Source: the human T2T-CHM13v2.0 reference genome, Homo sapiens. From it: a DNA stretch of 64,000 nt. Below are positions 35,617-48,719 of the stretch, one piece after another. Below the pieces are notes generated by a model, which worked only from the letters and a program-made list of their open reading frames with translations, searched no databases and was not told where the DNA came from. The stretch's first letter is position 1. The number at the start of each line of letters is the position of its first letter. The stretch lies in the NCBI RefSeq assembly GCF_009914755.1, contig NC_060947.1. One strand, written 5' to 3'. A program made the translations under genes and the position numbers.

Positions 35617-37883
35617 TGATGTGGTTTGGCTGTGTCCCCACCTAAATCTTACCTGGAATTGTAATCCCCATAATCCCCACGTGTCAAGGGTGGGACCAGG
35701 TGGAGGTAATTGAGTCACGAGGTGTGTTTTCCCCCATGCTGTTCTCGTGATAATGAGTGAGTCTCACGAGATCTGTTGGTTTTATAAACATCTGGCATTT
35801 CCTCTGCTTGCACTCATTCTCTCTCCTGCCACCCTGTGAAGAGGTGCCTTCCATCATAAGTTTCCTGAGGCCTCCCCAGCCCTGTGGAACTGTGAGTCAA
35901 TTAAACTTCTTTTCTTTATAAATTACCCAGTCTCAGGTGTTTCTTCATAGCAGCATGAGAACGGACTAATACAGTAAATTGGTACCCAGAATGGGGTGCT
36001 GCCATAAAGATACCTGAAAATGTGGAAGCGACTTTGGAACTGGGTAACAGGCAGAGGTTGGAACAGTTTGGAGGGCTCAGAAGAAGATGGGAAAATGTGG
36101 GGAAGTTTGGAACTTCCCGGAGACTTGTTGAATGCCTTTGACCAAAATGCTGATAGTGATAAGGACAATGAAGTCCAGGCTGAGGTTGTCTCAAATGGAG
36201 ATGAGGAACTTGTTGGGAACTGAAGTAGAGGTCACTCTTGCTATGTTTTAGCAAAGAGATTGGTGACATTTTGGCCCTGCCCTAGAGACCTATAGAATTT
36301 TGACCTTGAGAGAGATAATTTAGGGTATCTGGCAGAAGAAATTTCTAAGTGGCAAAGTGTTCAAGAGGAAGCAGAGCATAAAAGTTTGGAAAATTTGCAG
36401 CCTGACAATGTGATAGAAAAGAAAAACCAATTTTCTGGGGAGGAATTCAAGCCAGCTGTAGGAATTTGCATAAGTAATGAGGAGCTGAATGTTAATCACC
36501 AAGACAGTGGGGAAAATGTCTCCAGGGTATGTCAGGGACCTTCAAGGCAGCCCCTACCATCATAAGCCCAGAGGCCTAGGAGAAAAAAATGGTTTCGTGG
36601 GCCAGGCCCTGGCCCCCATACCCCCTGCTGTGTGCCTCCTAGGGACTTGGTGGTCTGCGTCCCAGCCATTCCAGCTGTGGCTTAAAGGGGCTAAGATATA
36701 GCTTGGGCCATGACTTCAGAGGGTGCAAGCCCCAAGCCTTGGCAGCTTCCTCATGGTGTTGAGTCTGTGGGTACACAGAAGTCAAGAATTGTGGTTTGGG
36801 AACCTCTGCCTAGATTTCAGAGGATGTATGGAAACTCCTGGATGTCCAGGCAGAAGTTTGCTGCAGGGGCAAAGCTTCATGGAGATCCTCTGCTAGGGCA
36901 ATGCAGGAGGGAAATGTGGGATTAGAGCCCCACACAGAGTCCCCACTGCCTAGTGGAGCTGTGAGAAGAGGGCCACCATCCTCCAGACCCCAGAATGGTA
37001 GATCCACTGACAGCTTGCATCATGCGCCTGGAAAAGCCACAGGCATTCAATGCCAGCCTGTGAAGGCAACTGGGAGGGGGGCTGCACCTTGCAAAGCCAC
37101 AGGGGCAGAGCTGCCCAAGATTGTGGGAGCCCACCTCTTGCATCAGCATAACCTGGATGTGAGACATGGAGTCAAAGGAGACCATTTTGGAACCTTAAGG
37201 TTTAATGACTGCCCTGTTGGATTTCAGACTTGCATGGGGCCTGTAGCCCTTTGTTTAGGCCAATTTCTCCCATTTGGAAAGGGTGTATTTACCCAATGCC
37301 TGTACCTCCATCATATCTAGGAAGTAACTAACTTGCTTTTGATTTTACAGCCTCATAGGCAGAAGGGACTTGCTTTGTCTCACATGAGACTTTGGACTTG
37401 GACTTTTGAGTTAATGGTGGAATGAGTTAAGACTTTGGGGACTGTTGGGAAAGCATGATTGTGTTTTGAAATGTGAGGACATGAAATTTGGGAGGCGCTA
37501 GGGGTGGAATGATATGGTTTGGCTGTGTCCCCGCTCAAATCGCATCTTGAACTGTAGTTCTCATAATCCCCATGTGTTGTGGGAGGGACCTGGTAGGAGG
37601 TAATTGAATCATGGGGGCAGTTACCTCCATGCTGTTCTCATGATAGTGAGTGAGTTCTCATGAGATCTGATGGTTTTATAAGGGACTTTCCCCACCTTTG
37701 CTCTGCACTTCTCCTTGCTGCCATCATGTGAAGAAGGACGTGGTAGCTTCCCCTTCCAAAACAATTGTAAGTTTCCTGAGACCCACCTAGCCCTGTGGAA
37801 CTGTGAGCCAATTAAACCTTTCTCCTTTATAAATTACCAGTCTTGGGTATTTCTTCATAGCAGCATGAAAACAGACTAATACA
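35617..37883 (+). mobile_element. Complete THE1 (C/D-type) MaLR provirus: 5' LTR 35617-35973, internal 35974-37509, 3' LTR 37510-37883
   Basis: TGAT(G/A)TGGTTTGGCTGTGTCCCC...GACTAATACA LTRs, THE1-int peptide remnant MWKRLWNWVTGRGWNSLEGSEED, perfect 5-bp TSD GAGGG (35612-35616 / 37884-37888). Confidence 0.96.
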
Positions 37884-38621
37884 GAGGGCAACAAATTTAT
37901 AACATACACCATGTCATGCTTAAAAAATAAATAATTAGATACATATTGATATCTCTAGAGATGCATGTGCAATCTCTCTGAGGTTAATGAGAACTGTATT
38001 TTAAAAACTAAAGCTATAATTTGGCCTAATTTCTCAGGGTAACATAAAAATCACAGAGAAAAATTTCTCACCTAAAACTCTTGGTATTGTCAATATGACA
38101 AATGGCAGTATGAACATGCATGTCTTGAACACACTATGTCAATAGATAAATGTTACTTGGGAGGAGAAATCTATTACTACCCATTCAGGAAGCTTTCTGT
38201 GTCCCAAGGGCAGGGTACACTGGAGTTTAATAGGAGAAGGAAATAAATGAGTACAGAGACATTTTGTTAAGTATTTATTTCACCCTTTAAATTGGGCTAG
38301 TGTGTAGGATCACAACTCCCTAGTTCTGAGTCTTAGGCTTAAGAAGGAAAATAATCTCATCAGCTCCCAGTGGAAAGTCAAAGGTAGAAATTCCTTGCCA
38401 TGTACACAGCCTGAAATCCAAATCCTTATATTGTTCACCCTGAATAAGAGCAAACCAACTTCTCTCCTCTTTACTTCCTTCCATTTTTCTTTTTGTTTCT
38501 TTTCATGTGGGCTTCATCACCATCTTTTCCTACAATTATAATTCCAATTCCTACACATCAGTTGAATAAGTTGTCATCTATGACAGTGCAGAAAGGGAGA
38601 TGCAAGAATACCAGAATCAAC

Positions 38622-38735
38622 TTCACTTGGGATCTTTAAGAAACGCATATTGTCAGGCTTCACTCCATACCTACTGAATCAAATCTCTGAGGTGGGGCTC
38701 AGGAATACGCATGTTTATTAGTTCTCCAGGTGAGA
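38622..38735. mobile_element. MER5A fragment
   Basis: ACCTACTGAATCAAATCTCTGAGGTGGGGCTCAGGAAT...CTCCAGGTGA. Confidence 0.7.
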
Positions 38736-38790
38736 ACCAGCAGTCTACAAGACATTTGGAGTCTCTGGTGAAAATCTTTTCCTGAATAAC

Positions 38791-39296
38791 ATTGGGAGAA
38801 AATTCCCCCGTGAGTCTCTTGCATTTTTGCACATCTTGTGAGCAGAGGCACTGATTGGCCTTTGTTCTGGATTATTTTCTAACTTATGTATATGCCAAAC
38901 GGTCTTGGAAGATAGAGATTGAAAGCCTCTTGAGAGGAAGGCATGTATGCTTACTGTCCAGTATAATAACTTTACCCAACAGGGCAAAGGGCAGGCATGC
39001 TAACTGCCTGCTATAGAAGATTCAGGTTCCCTAAGCTTTTGGTTTCTTAGCTGTGATGCACACCCACTGAAAATGCAGTATCCATTGGGGCCCCACTTGG
39101 TCACCATATGGGACATGTGGGGTAAGGGAGAATTGACACAAACATGGTACTCGTGCTGCTGGCTGTCCTGAGAGTAACAGTCATTTGTCTCTGATCCAGG
39201 AGTCTCCTGTTCTCTGCCAGCATCTATGAAACTATGGCAGGCTAGTTTGTCAGCTTGTAAGTAAGGTAAGATTTCAGACTCTTCACAGTTCTTCAT
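38791..39296 (+). mobile_element. LTR40-like ERVL solo LTR
   Basis: TTGGGAGAAAATTC, GCACATCTTGTGAGCAGAGGCACTGA, CTTGGAAGATAGAGAT, TGTCTCTGATCCAGGAGTCTC. Confidence 0.7.
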
Positions 39297-40999
39297 AAAT
39301 AGTTCTTCACTGACCTGAGTGGTACAAGGCATTTTCTTTTGTTTTAGAAACCTATTGCTTTAGGTTAGGATATTGAATCTCCAGAAGTTCTCTATTGAAA
39401 TGTACCAGCTGGGAAGTATGGCCTTAGCCATCTGTCTTAATTAATTTTATCAGATGAACTAGCAGGTCTTGAGAAAATGAAACACGATTTGAAAGAGTTG
39501 AGAAGCTTACATGTCTTGAACAGATGTGTGAAGGAGATGGTTAGCCTCAAAGAGATGGCCTAGAGTGGGAAAGGCCCAGAAGATACAGTTTTGTGCTCCG
39601 AAATTTTGCCTGGAGCCTGCTCTGCCAGTATCCATCTCAGCTGGACATACAATGCACACTGATTTCCTATAATTCCCTTCCTCATTCACAGTGAATCAAG
39701 GGCATCTGCTGGCAACACTGTGGATTCTGTTGTTTGCAAACAGTAAGTAAATATCATCCATTGTCTGAGCTTTTTGGAATGGAAGTTGTTATAACATAGG
39801 CAGAAGAAGGTTTACCATGCAGTGAGAGAAGTAGAAGAAAAACGAGCTAATAAAACTGAGCAAAGAACAATAGGGGAATTTCTGCCATTGCCAATTTGTG
39901 CTGAAGCAAAGTTGGACCAAATCCATTCTTGGGAATTCCCTCAGTTTGTTTGACAAATCCACATATTAAGTGATACACAGGTGATACACAAATATTTATT
40001 TTAAAGCATAAATCAGATACTTAAGTTTAGAAGTACAATCCCAATGACACAGAATGGAGCTTCCAGTTCATTGCACATTTTAATTAACTGAAGACTCACA
40101 ATTAAATATAAATACTAAAATTTTTGCATCCTAAATTGGGATATATGGTTTGACAAACACATGCCTACTTATATAATTATTGAAAATGTAAAATTGAGAT
40201 AGTCCTGGGAAAGCCAGAATGGTAACTATACAGTTAAATTATACACACTTTAACAATGTTAACAGCATTAGACAAAATATTTTTAGCATTAAAATACAGA
40301 ACACAATTTATCTGTTGATTCAAAGACCTCAGGGTCATAAGAACACCAATTAAAATTTTTTGGAATCTTAAGCTCTTTTAGTTTATATCAATTCGGGATA
40401 AATGGTTCTTCATACTTTCTGTCTGAATGATTCTCTGAGAAATGATAAAGATTTTCATTGGAAACCTTTCTACCACCTTTAAGGGGTTAGTCGCACATTC
40501 TTAATTTCTGATTAGGAGTCTGTATCACATGGATTTCCAAGGTAACCTGTATAATAATTATAGTGATAATAATAATAGTAAAAATAATACAGGATTGATT
40601 GTCAGTGAGAATAGAGATGGAACTATCCTGTCTACATATTCTCTCTCCATTTTGTCCACCTGCTGTCCTGCTCTACAGTAGTTACACTCACCAAATTTGG
40701 GCTTTTTGGGGAAGTTATCAAGTAGCAAAATTCCTGACTTATAATTACCCTGGTGACAGTAAACATGGAAAACTTCAACAGAATCCTTCTGACTGAATTC
40801 ATTAGGTCCACACAGGACTCTATGGGAAGCATAATAGCCCAGGAAAAAAGCTTCAGATATGTGTAAAGTTTAAAATCAGCACCTTGTATTACGTTTAAAG
40901 TTCCTGAGTTTCTAAGATTGGTATTCTAAACTTCAGAGGACTGTGGTATTTCAGAATAATGCTTAAATGTTTATGTATTTATATACACATCAATAAATT

Positions 41000-41540
41000 T
41001 ATTCATTTGCCTAGTCAACAAATATGTATTAGATTCCTACTATGTGCAACACTTGATCAACATTAGAGACAAAAGGATTAACGAGACAAAAATTCTTGCT
41101 TCTTAGTAGCTCAAAAATTTGACAGGAAAACAATGATATAAACAAATTATTACTATACACAATGGTAAATGCTACAATAATAATATAGACAAAGTTCTGT
41201 GAAACTAAAGAGAGGATGATTAATTCAGCCTAGATGTAGGATTCACAGAGGAAGTGACATCTGATGTCTGAAAAGGGAGCAATGTTCAGGATTCTCCTAG
41301 GAAGTGTAAATTACTCCTTTTTGTAGCAGCAGGAGTAAAAGTAGCAAGAATATCAAGAGTAGCTGTTAGTTACAGGGCATTTACTAACTGCTAGGCAAAA
41401 CACTAAACAATTGATGTGGATTATCTTCTTATATCCACGAACCAAAATACTAGATCTTGTTATTACCATTTTTCAGAGGAACAGACCAAAACTTTAGGAA
41501 GTGAAATAATCTGCCCAAGATTACACAGATAGGAAACAGG
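41000..41540 (-). mobile_element. L2 fragment followed by MIR fragment
   Basis: TTTATTCATTTG..CAACAAATATGTATTAG..CCTACTATGTGC (L2 end); GTGAAATAATCTGCCCAAGATTACACAG (MIR). Confidence 0.55.
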
Positions 41541-43429
41541 AAATTTTTGATGAATGAGTGAATGAAATCATATACATTAATAAATCTGGAATTGAATTAT
41601 CTAACCATCAAATTATAATATCCTAAGAGAGATTATGTGAGTGGTATAACATTGTCTAAACAACTGTCATGCCATAAGCAATTTCAACTTTCCTTTGGAA
41701 GGAATCAGGAGCTCTTCATCCTGGTCTTCCTTCAGGAAAGTTAGCATTTAGCATTATAAAGCATTCATTTCTACCAATTACACCAGCTTCTCCTCACAAG
41801 GCCCTAATCTCTTGACTGGGATGGAGACACCTTCACTTAGCTACATTGCTCAAATAAAAATAGGCTTTGTTCTCTTGCACCTGAATATCACTTTTCTACT
41901 TTTGAGAATAGGGTCTTGAATGTAAATAACCCCTCTTGTTTGCACGTAGGCTAGTTCCATAAACATTATAAAATGGCCACTTCCTATTTCCTTACTTTGT
42001 AAATTTCATTCCTGGCAGTATTACATTTTTACAACTCATATTTCATTAAATGTTTGGTTATATCCCATGTACCTCATTCAGTAGACATATGTTGAACTCT
42101 TAGATTCAGTCACATCTATTATAATTCTCTTTTATTCTTTAAAATAACTTTCTGGGATGTGTATCTTGTTTACTGAGTGGGATACCTGGGCTTGGACAGT
42201 TTGGCATATGGTTCAAGGTCACATTTATCTAAGGTCATAGAGTCAGCAGAGCAAATATAAGAATTCAACTACTTTGACACCATGTCTCTTGTTTGTTCCA
42301 CAAGACCAGAGGGTTTCCTTATAAATGGAATGAAACTATCCCTCCTGTGGCATGGTCAACATAAAACTGGAAACATTAAACAATTCAAGATAGTCAATAT
42401 CTTATTGTATCAAAAGGATTGGCCTAGCAAAGAAGTATTATAGGGGTGAAGTGAATGTGGGCTATAGTAATCTAGGACTGAGTTTGACTAGGGGAGTGGA
42501 ATAAGAGCAAAAGGGAGGCTTGCTTGACTGGAGGAAAAGCATCAGGAAATATGTTGAGTTGTGGCTAAGCATGTGATCTGGGGACAAATAAGAAATCTTC
42601 CTAATGTAAATCATTGGAATTATCTCATAGATAAGTTTTTCAATGCTTTTAGCATTGCCTTGAATACTTTCTGGACTAAGATGGCATGCAAATAACCAAA
42701 CAAAGCCTACAATGGGAATCTGAAGACATTTTAAGAATTGTGTGAATGTGCAGAAAACCAGGATGTTGCTACTTGATTGACAGTTGACTATGTACATATA
42801 AAAACACAGAGTTATGGACTTAATGCAGGTTAAGCAAGGTGTATTTGATGGCATGTATACATCATACAAATATGATCTTACCTTGTTTTTAATTCCATCT
42901 TGGTGAATACAAGCATATTAAATATTCCACTTGCAATCGTTTTTCTCAGCAGTTCATCCATTGACATGCACACACACGCATGTGAGCAGATGTTTTCTAG
43001 TACCTTTGGCAGAAGAATTTAGTGCCTTGTACACATCACACCTGCCATGTCATGCTTATTGATTGAGCAATTCAGCTCGCTGAAAGGTACTGGGTTAGAT
43101 ATTAATTTTAAAATGAAAGCCTTCACATCTGCTAATGCCTGCCAGTCTCTGGAGTGAATGTGCCATTGAAGCCAACGGAAGTGGGCAGAAGCAGCCTTCA
43201 TGGGTAGGACTGACAAGTTATTTTGAGTCTACTGAATTACCTTTATTGTTGCCCCATACTTATAGGCAGACCTCTCCTTCCGTTAAACTCCTTCACTCAC
43301 AGTACTTCTGAAAATAGCTCTGGTGGTTTGGAACTGGTCTTCCTGGATTTTCACGCAAATGGAATATTTGTGGTAGTTGAGTGATAAATGGTGAGATAAT
43401 GGTGTTTTACAGGCAGTGAAATGACAAGG

Positions 43430-44160
43430 TCAGTTTTAATTAAGCTGAGATCAACCTCAGTCTGTATTGCACACTTCTGATTAGGTTATTTCAAATTAAC
43501 ATAAGTTTTTGGAGACTTCGCTGAAGTCAGTGGTGTTAAACACCAGCTGTGCTGGCAGAGAAGCGTGGGATATGAGAAGGAGATAGCATTCACATTGAAA
43601 TTAGCACTTGGCACAATATAATTCTCTGATTGCAAACTATGTGGAGTTGCCTGTGCTAATTGGTTGATTTTATTTGAAGCAGATGTTGTTAGCTTTCCCA
43701 ATAATGATCTGGAGAGAAATTCTTTTGAAAGACATGCCATGTTAGGATCTCTGCAGTATAATAAGCTAATTACAACTTTAAGTACTTGCAGTAATTAGCA
43801 CAATGTGTATAAAGTGTTCCTGATCTTTTCACCCTGCCGCATTATTGTCAGGGCAGCTTGAAAAACAAAAAGGAATGCTAGATGGATTGAGTCTCCCTGG
43901 TCTAGCCTCTTCGTTTCCCAGACTTCTGCACTAAAGAGATAATGAACTCGACTTAAATCCTTCTCTTTCAAGCATGCCAAAAAAGGTTTAGGAACCAACC
44001 CCCACCATACAACGCCCAAAAAATGGAGAGTGAAATTTGCCAAACTAAATGTTGCTTCAAACACATATGCCTTTAAGAGGCAGTGAAGTCTTCAAACATT
44101 AGCAAACCGAGACCGTTAACATATTTATTTCATGTTCACTTATTTTATTGTTTACCAATT
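43430..44160. promoter_or_regulatory. Candidate developmental enhancer (unique sequence rich in homeodomain and SOX motifs)
   Basis: No recognisable repeat; several TAATTA/TAATTG/ATTA cores, CACAAT sites, retained CpGs; function is inferred only. Confidence 0.35.
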
Positions 44161-45934
44161 TGGTCCATGGATCAAACCCGTATTTTATTTGGGAACATTA
44201 TACCATCACACCTCCAAGTTAAACCTCTAACTTTCCTGTATAGATACCTTCAAATGTTTCTGTAAGCCTAAAATCCAGTCTCTCCATACTTTTAAACACC
44301 AAGTTGTTACAGACACATATTTTGCTTATGTTAATAATGAGAGTGAAGACATAGGAGTAGATGTGGCTCCCCACATCTTCGTATGTGAGAAAAATGGAGA
44401 AAAAAATGAATGGGGAAGAAAATAATTGATAGAGACAAATTCTTAATAACATAGTAAGCAAAGTCCACAAATGGTAAGTAAGTGCTATTGTAGAAGTGAA
44501 CCTTGACTGTTGAGGCTGGTGACTACAATTCTAGTACCTCTAAAAAGAGGCTAAGTTGATTAGTAGAAAATAATTTAAAGTAAAATGTCACAATTTCAAT
44601 AACTCTTTGTGACTTTTTAAAGGTAGTTTGAAATTTGGATTTTTAAGACCTAATATTTGAGATAGATGTTTGAGAGTCATTCATAACAAAGTCTACTGGA
44701 ACAGGTGAATGTATCGAGCTTTTATATTTTCTCATGACTTCTTTGGTTTCAAGATACTTCTGGGAGAGGCAGAGACCGGACAAATTCTCTTTTTAAAGTA
44801 CCTTAGAAGATGTGGGCTGGCTCATGTCCTTTGGCTCTAATTTCCAAAAGTAGGCAGCATGATCTCATATTCTTAACTGGTTGCAGAAACGTGGTAGAAA
44901 ATTCTATTATCTGCGTCTCTTGTGCTGTTGTGTCTTTGGTTGTTCTGGAATGGAAAGCTGGGATTTCTGTGGTTGCTGGATTTATATCTATTTGTAGAAT
45001 TTCTCAAGGTAAAAACAAGACTTCTGATAACTTCAATTGGTTATATCTTAAAGCGAGGAGTGAAAAATATCACACTTATTTTAGAAAAGCAAAGATAGGG
45101 CTGATAGAGATTCACCCTCTCAAATTATTAAAGGAAAGGAAGGTTATAGGTTTGAGGGGGATCCCAATACTTGAAACATTCTTTGTATATAAACACTTTA
45201 TGGTTATGAAAATTTATTGATACAAGTAATGACAAGAAGAAAATACTTTGTGTTTTCCTACATCTATAGAGCTTCAAATGCTCAGTGGAACCCAATAAGA
45301 AGAGTAATTATGTTCAAGCAAAACATTCAAAGATAGAGTTTAGACCTGGTGCTGGCATTTTATACCTGAGAAAGTGTCTGCCATGTGTTAGGCATGTGAT
45401 AAATGGTGAATGGATGAATGTGTTTTAGTTAAAAGTTAACGAATTCTCTGTCACTTCCATGAGGTTTGGTGTATTTCCACACCTCTGGAAGTATCATAAA
45501 TGGAAACTACTCAAAGTGCCATATATCATTATTTGTCTAAACAGTCTCAAGAGGCTTATGGGTGCTTTAGTATGAAAGGTTAAAGGTACACACTGGATGT
45601 TTGTAGTTTTGACATCTAGCATCCTTATTCATATAATTTAAAAGTTTTATTTGGATACAGAAAGGATCCATCCACCTAGTAATGGAGCATCTGTTAGAGT
45701 AACATACACTCATTTGAGAGTAAACCAATAGATTTACATTGTTTTGTCAATAAGAATCCTTTGATGTTTTTGTCTACTTAAACTCAAAGTTTCTATAACT
45801 TATTCTTAGTATAATACCTTGGTCATAGAAATATAAACTAGATTCCTAATGGTATTTTTTTGCTCTCACTATAAATAATCTGCACTTTCCTAATTTTGAG
45901 AAAACTAGAAGTTGTCAAGCTATTGCTTGATGCT

Positions 45935-46090
45935 TGAGATATAATACTATATATAATGAGTATTATATTAGATATTATGTTAGATATAAAAGTATATGTA
46001 ACATATATATACACCACATGATGTATTATGGTATAAATTATCTATCATATAAGTTTTTAATATTCATCTATGTATCTATGTACATATCTG
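45935..46090. repeat. AT-rich low-complexity tract
   Basis: Degenerate TA/TAT repeats. Confidence 0.75.
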
Positions 46091-47779
46091 TCATCTTTCA
46101 AGAGAGGTCAATGTTGAAAAGGCTATAACCAAATGATTACTTTTATAATTTTATTATGTTCTGATAACAGTTATTTGGAAAGAGTTAATAGCTAATCTAT
46201 GATTTTTTTTTCTCTATACTTTTTCTTGAAAAGAAAATAGTCTGACATACAGAAAGACAAACTGACTTATTAAACCTTTTAGCTTTCTAGGGCTGAAAAA
46301 TTTTCCTAAAGAGAAGGTCCCCAGCTTTCTGGGGAACCAGCAGATTGAGAGATGACCTTTTATAATGCATCTGCCCACTGCCAGTCCTCTATGTTCCAAC
46401 ATGGCACTCTTCTGTCCTGTCAGGGTCTAATGAAGCATGCAATCCCATGTGACTTATTCCTGAGATGCCAGCAGAAATAATCATTTCTTTTACTTCCAAA
46501 TGTGCAAAGTGGGGATAAGAGACCCTTCTTTGATTGTTGGAAAAAATTAAAAACTATAGATTTTTACATCAAAGAACTGAGGTTTGATCTTTAGAGCATA
46601 CAGCAATTACATTTGAAAATCTCCTTTCTATAAGATTAAAAAATTCCATCTCATGCCTTCTTTTTTGTATGTCATAGATTTCTGGAATAGGGGTAAATAA
46701 TATCATTTTGAAGAACAGATCTTTTCCTCCATTTTCCAATACATGTTTATTTTACCATAAAAAGCTTGAAAAACAAACTCCCTGAGGTACCAGAAGCAGG
46801 AGCAAGTGGGGTGGTTTGGCTGCAGACCAGAGCAGCACAATGGGTTTCTGCTTCCTTTCTGTTCATCGCTTTCCCCTTCCCTCCAAAGCACACACAAAGC
46901 TCTGCATGACTTTCTGGTTTCAGGCTTCAGTTTGGCAATTTTTTCCACTGTGTGTTGGGAAGAAATTGAAATGCAAAATTATATCCCCTGAAACAATCAT
47001 ATTGTTTTGGGAGCATAGGAAGAAGGAGAGATATAGGGATGAGGTTTTTTTCTTAAGAAGGGGGGTGGGGGGCTGCTATGAGCCACAATACCCATTGTTT
47101 GCTGCTCTATGAACCTTTCAGATTTTTTTATAACTCTTATTTAATTTTGCAAAAAAGTATCTTAACCACTGAGAAAATTGTGCAGAGGAAGAAAATTTCT
47201 TCCTGATGAGGGATTATGCTCAGCAGAGACGCAATAGTGTACTGTGTCGCTTGCTTCTATTTGCTATTTTCTCTCCACTGGGCACACCTCATTTCACATA
47301 TACAACCAGTAAGTCATTGGGTTAAGAGTTTAGCAGACCCAGAAGTGGAGAAGGGGTGATTTCGGCTCTAGTCATAGCAGGTAATGGAGCTGGAAAAGAA
47401 GGCTTCAGTATTGCTTCAAGAAAGTTGAAAATGACTGATGTGATGACTAGCAGTAATATCTAAAACAAAAGTATAGCTCTGCACTACAGTAAGAATGAGT
47501 GACCTTCTTGGCTTGGAAGAAGAGTCAAGAGGGTGGAGGAACATTTAGGAGGAACAAATAGACCTATAATGTTGGTATTTAAATGCAATTTACTCACTTC
47601 AGCAGATAAAATCTTAATATGTATGTCATCTGTGGCCAGAGCCTAAGAATTATAAGCATTTATTTGTTTTAAATAATTTGAAAAAGAGCAGTTTTATTAA
47701 ACACTACAGCCATCTAAGTAAAAATTTAAAATAAATTATTTCTTTATCTCTCATAAAGTATTCTCTGCCTACAGGTTTA

Positions 47780-48098
47780 TTTTTTTTTTTTAATAGGGTT
47801 TATGTTTTAAAGCAGTTTTAGGTTCACAGCAAAATTGAGTGGAAGGCATAGAGATTTCCCATTGACCCCTTGTCCCCACATGCACAGACTCTCCCACTGT
47901 CAATGCTCCCAACTGGAGTGGTACATTTGTTACAGCTGATGAACCTACATTAACGCATCATTATCACCCAAAGCTCACAGTTTACACTGGGGTTCACTCT
48001 TGGGTTATACGTTTTATGGGTTTAGACAAATGCATGACATGTATCCACCATTATAGTATCACACCCAATATTTTCACTGCCCTAAACATCCTCTGTGC
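47780..48098 (-). mobile_element. L1MC-type 3' end fragment
   Basis: GCAGTTTTAGGTTCACAGCAAAATTGAGTGGAAGG...GATGAACCTACATT. Confidence 0.88.
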
Positions 48099-48719
48099 AG
48101 CAATGGTTGCCTCAACATCAACTTTGCTTCTTCAAATGCTGGAGCCAAGGGAACTGTGGTCCTTAAGTCTGGATATGCTCCCACCCAAGTGCCTGCCCCC
48201 ATGTTATAGGCTCGCAATGTAGATATCAAATGAGCTAGGTATGATATAGAAATCCCTATGGACCCACATTTTTCTGTGATTCTGTCTAGTGTCAGGCCTT
48301 CTATGAGACGAAATATGCTTATTATTTGGATGTATCGATGTTTTGCTTTGTTTTCCTGGAAACTTCAGTGAAACCATGTCATCTCCAGTATGATAAGAAT
48401 TAATGTTTTAGGACTATCAGTTTAGAGCAGGCATTCTTATTAGAGATTCAAAGATGAAAATTTCTAATAATTGTTGATAATTTGTTAATATAATGTGCAT
48501 AATTATGGGAATAGGGTCCATAACTTTTCCTCAACATTTATGCATTAATAAGCATAGTATTTCATTCTGATAATAAATCTGAGACAAAGGTAAATTTTCA
48601 GTACTATTTTATACCTGACTTCACTGAGGTTCATAAAAATTTAGTCACAAGTCACAGGTATTTAAGCCAGTATTTTTCTCTAGGTGGTCAAGCTTAGTAC
48701 TTTCATTGGTTTTAAAACA

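Noticed and set aside
35871-35883. PRDM9 hotspot 13-mer in the THE1 LTR
   Set aside because: Reads CCTCCCCAGCCCT, which fails CCNCCNTNNCCNC at two positions; the 3' LTR equivalent also fails
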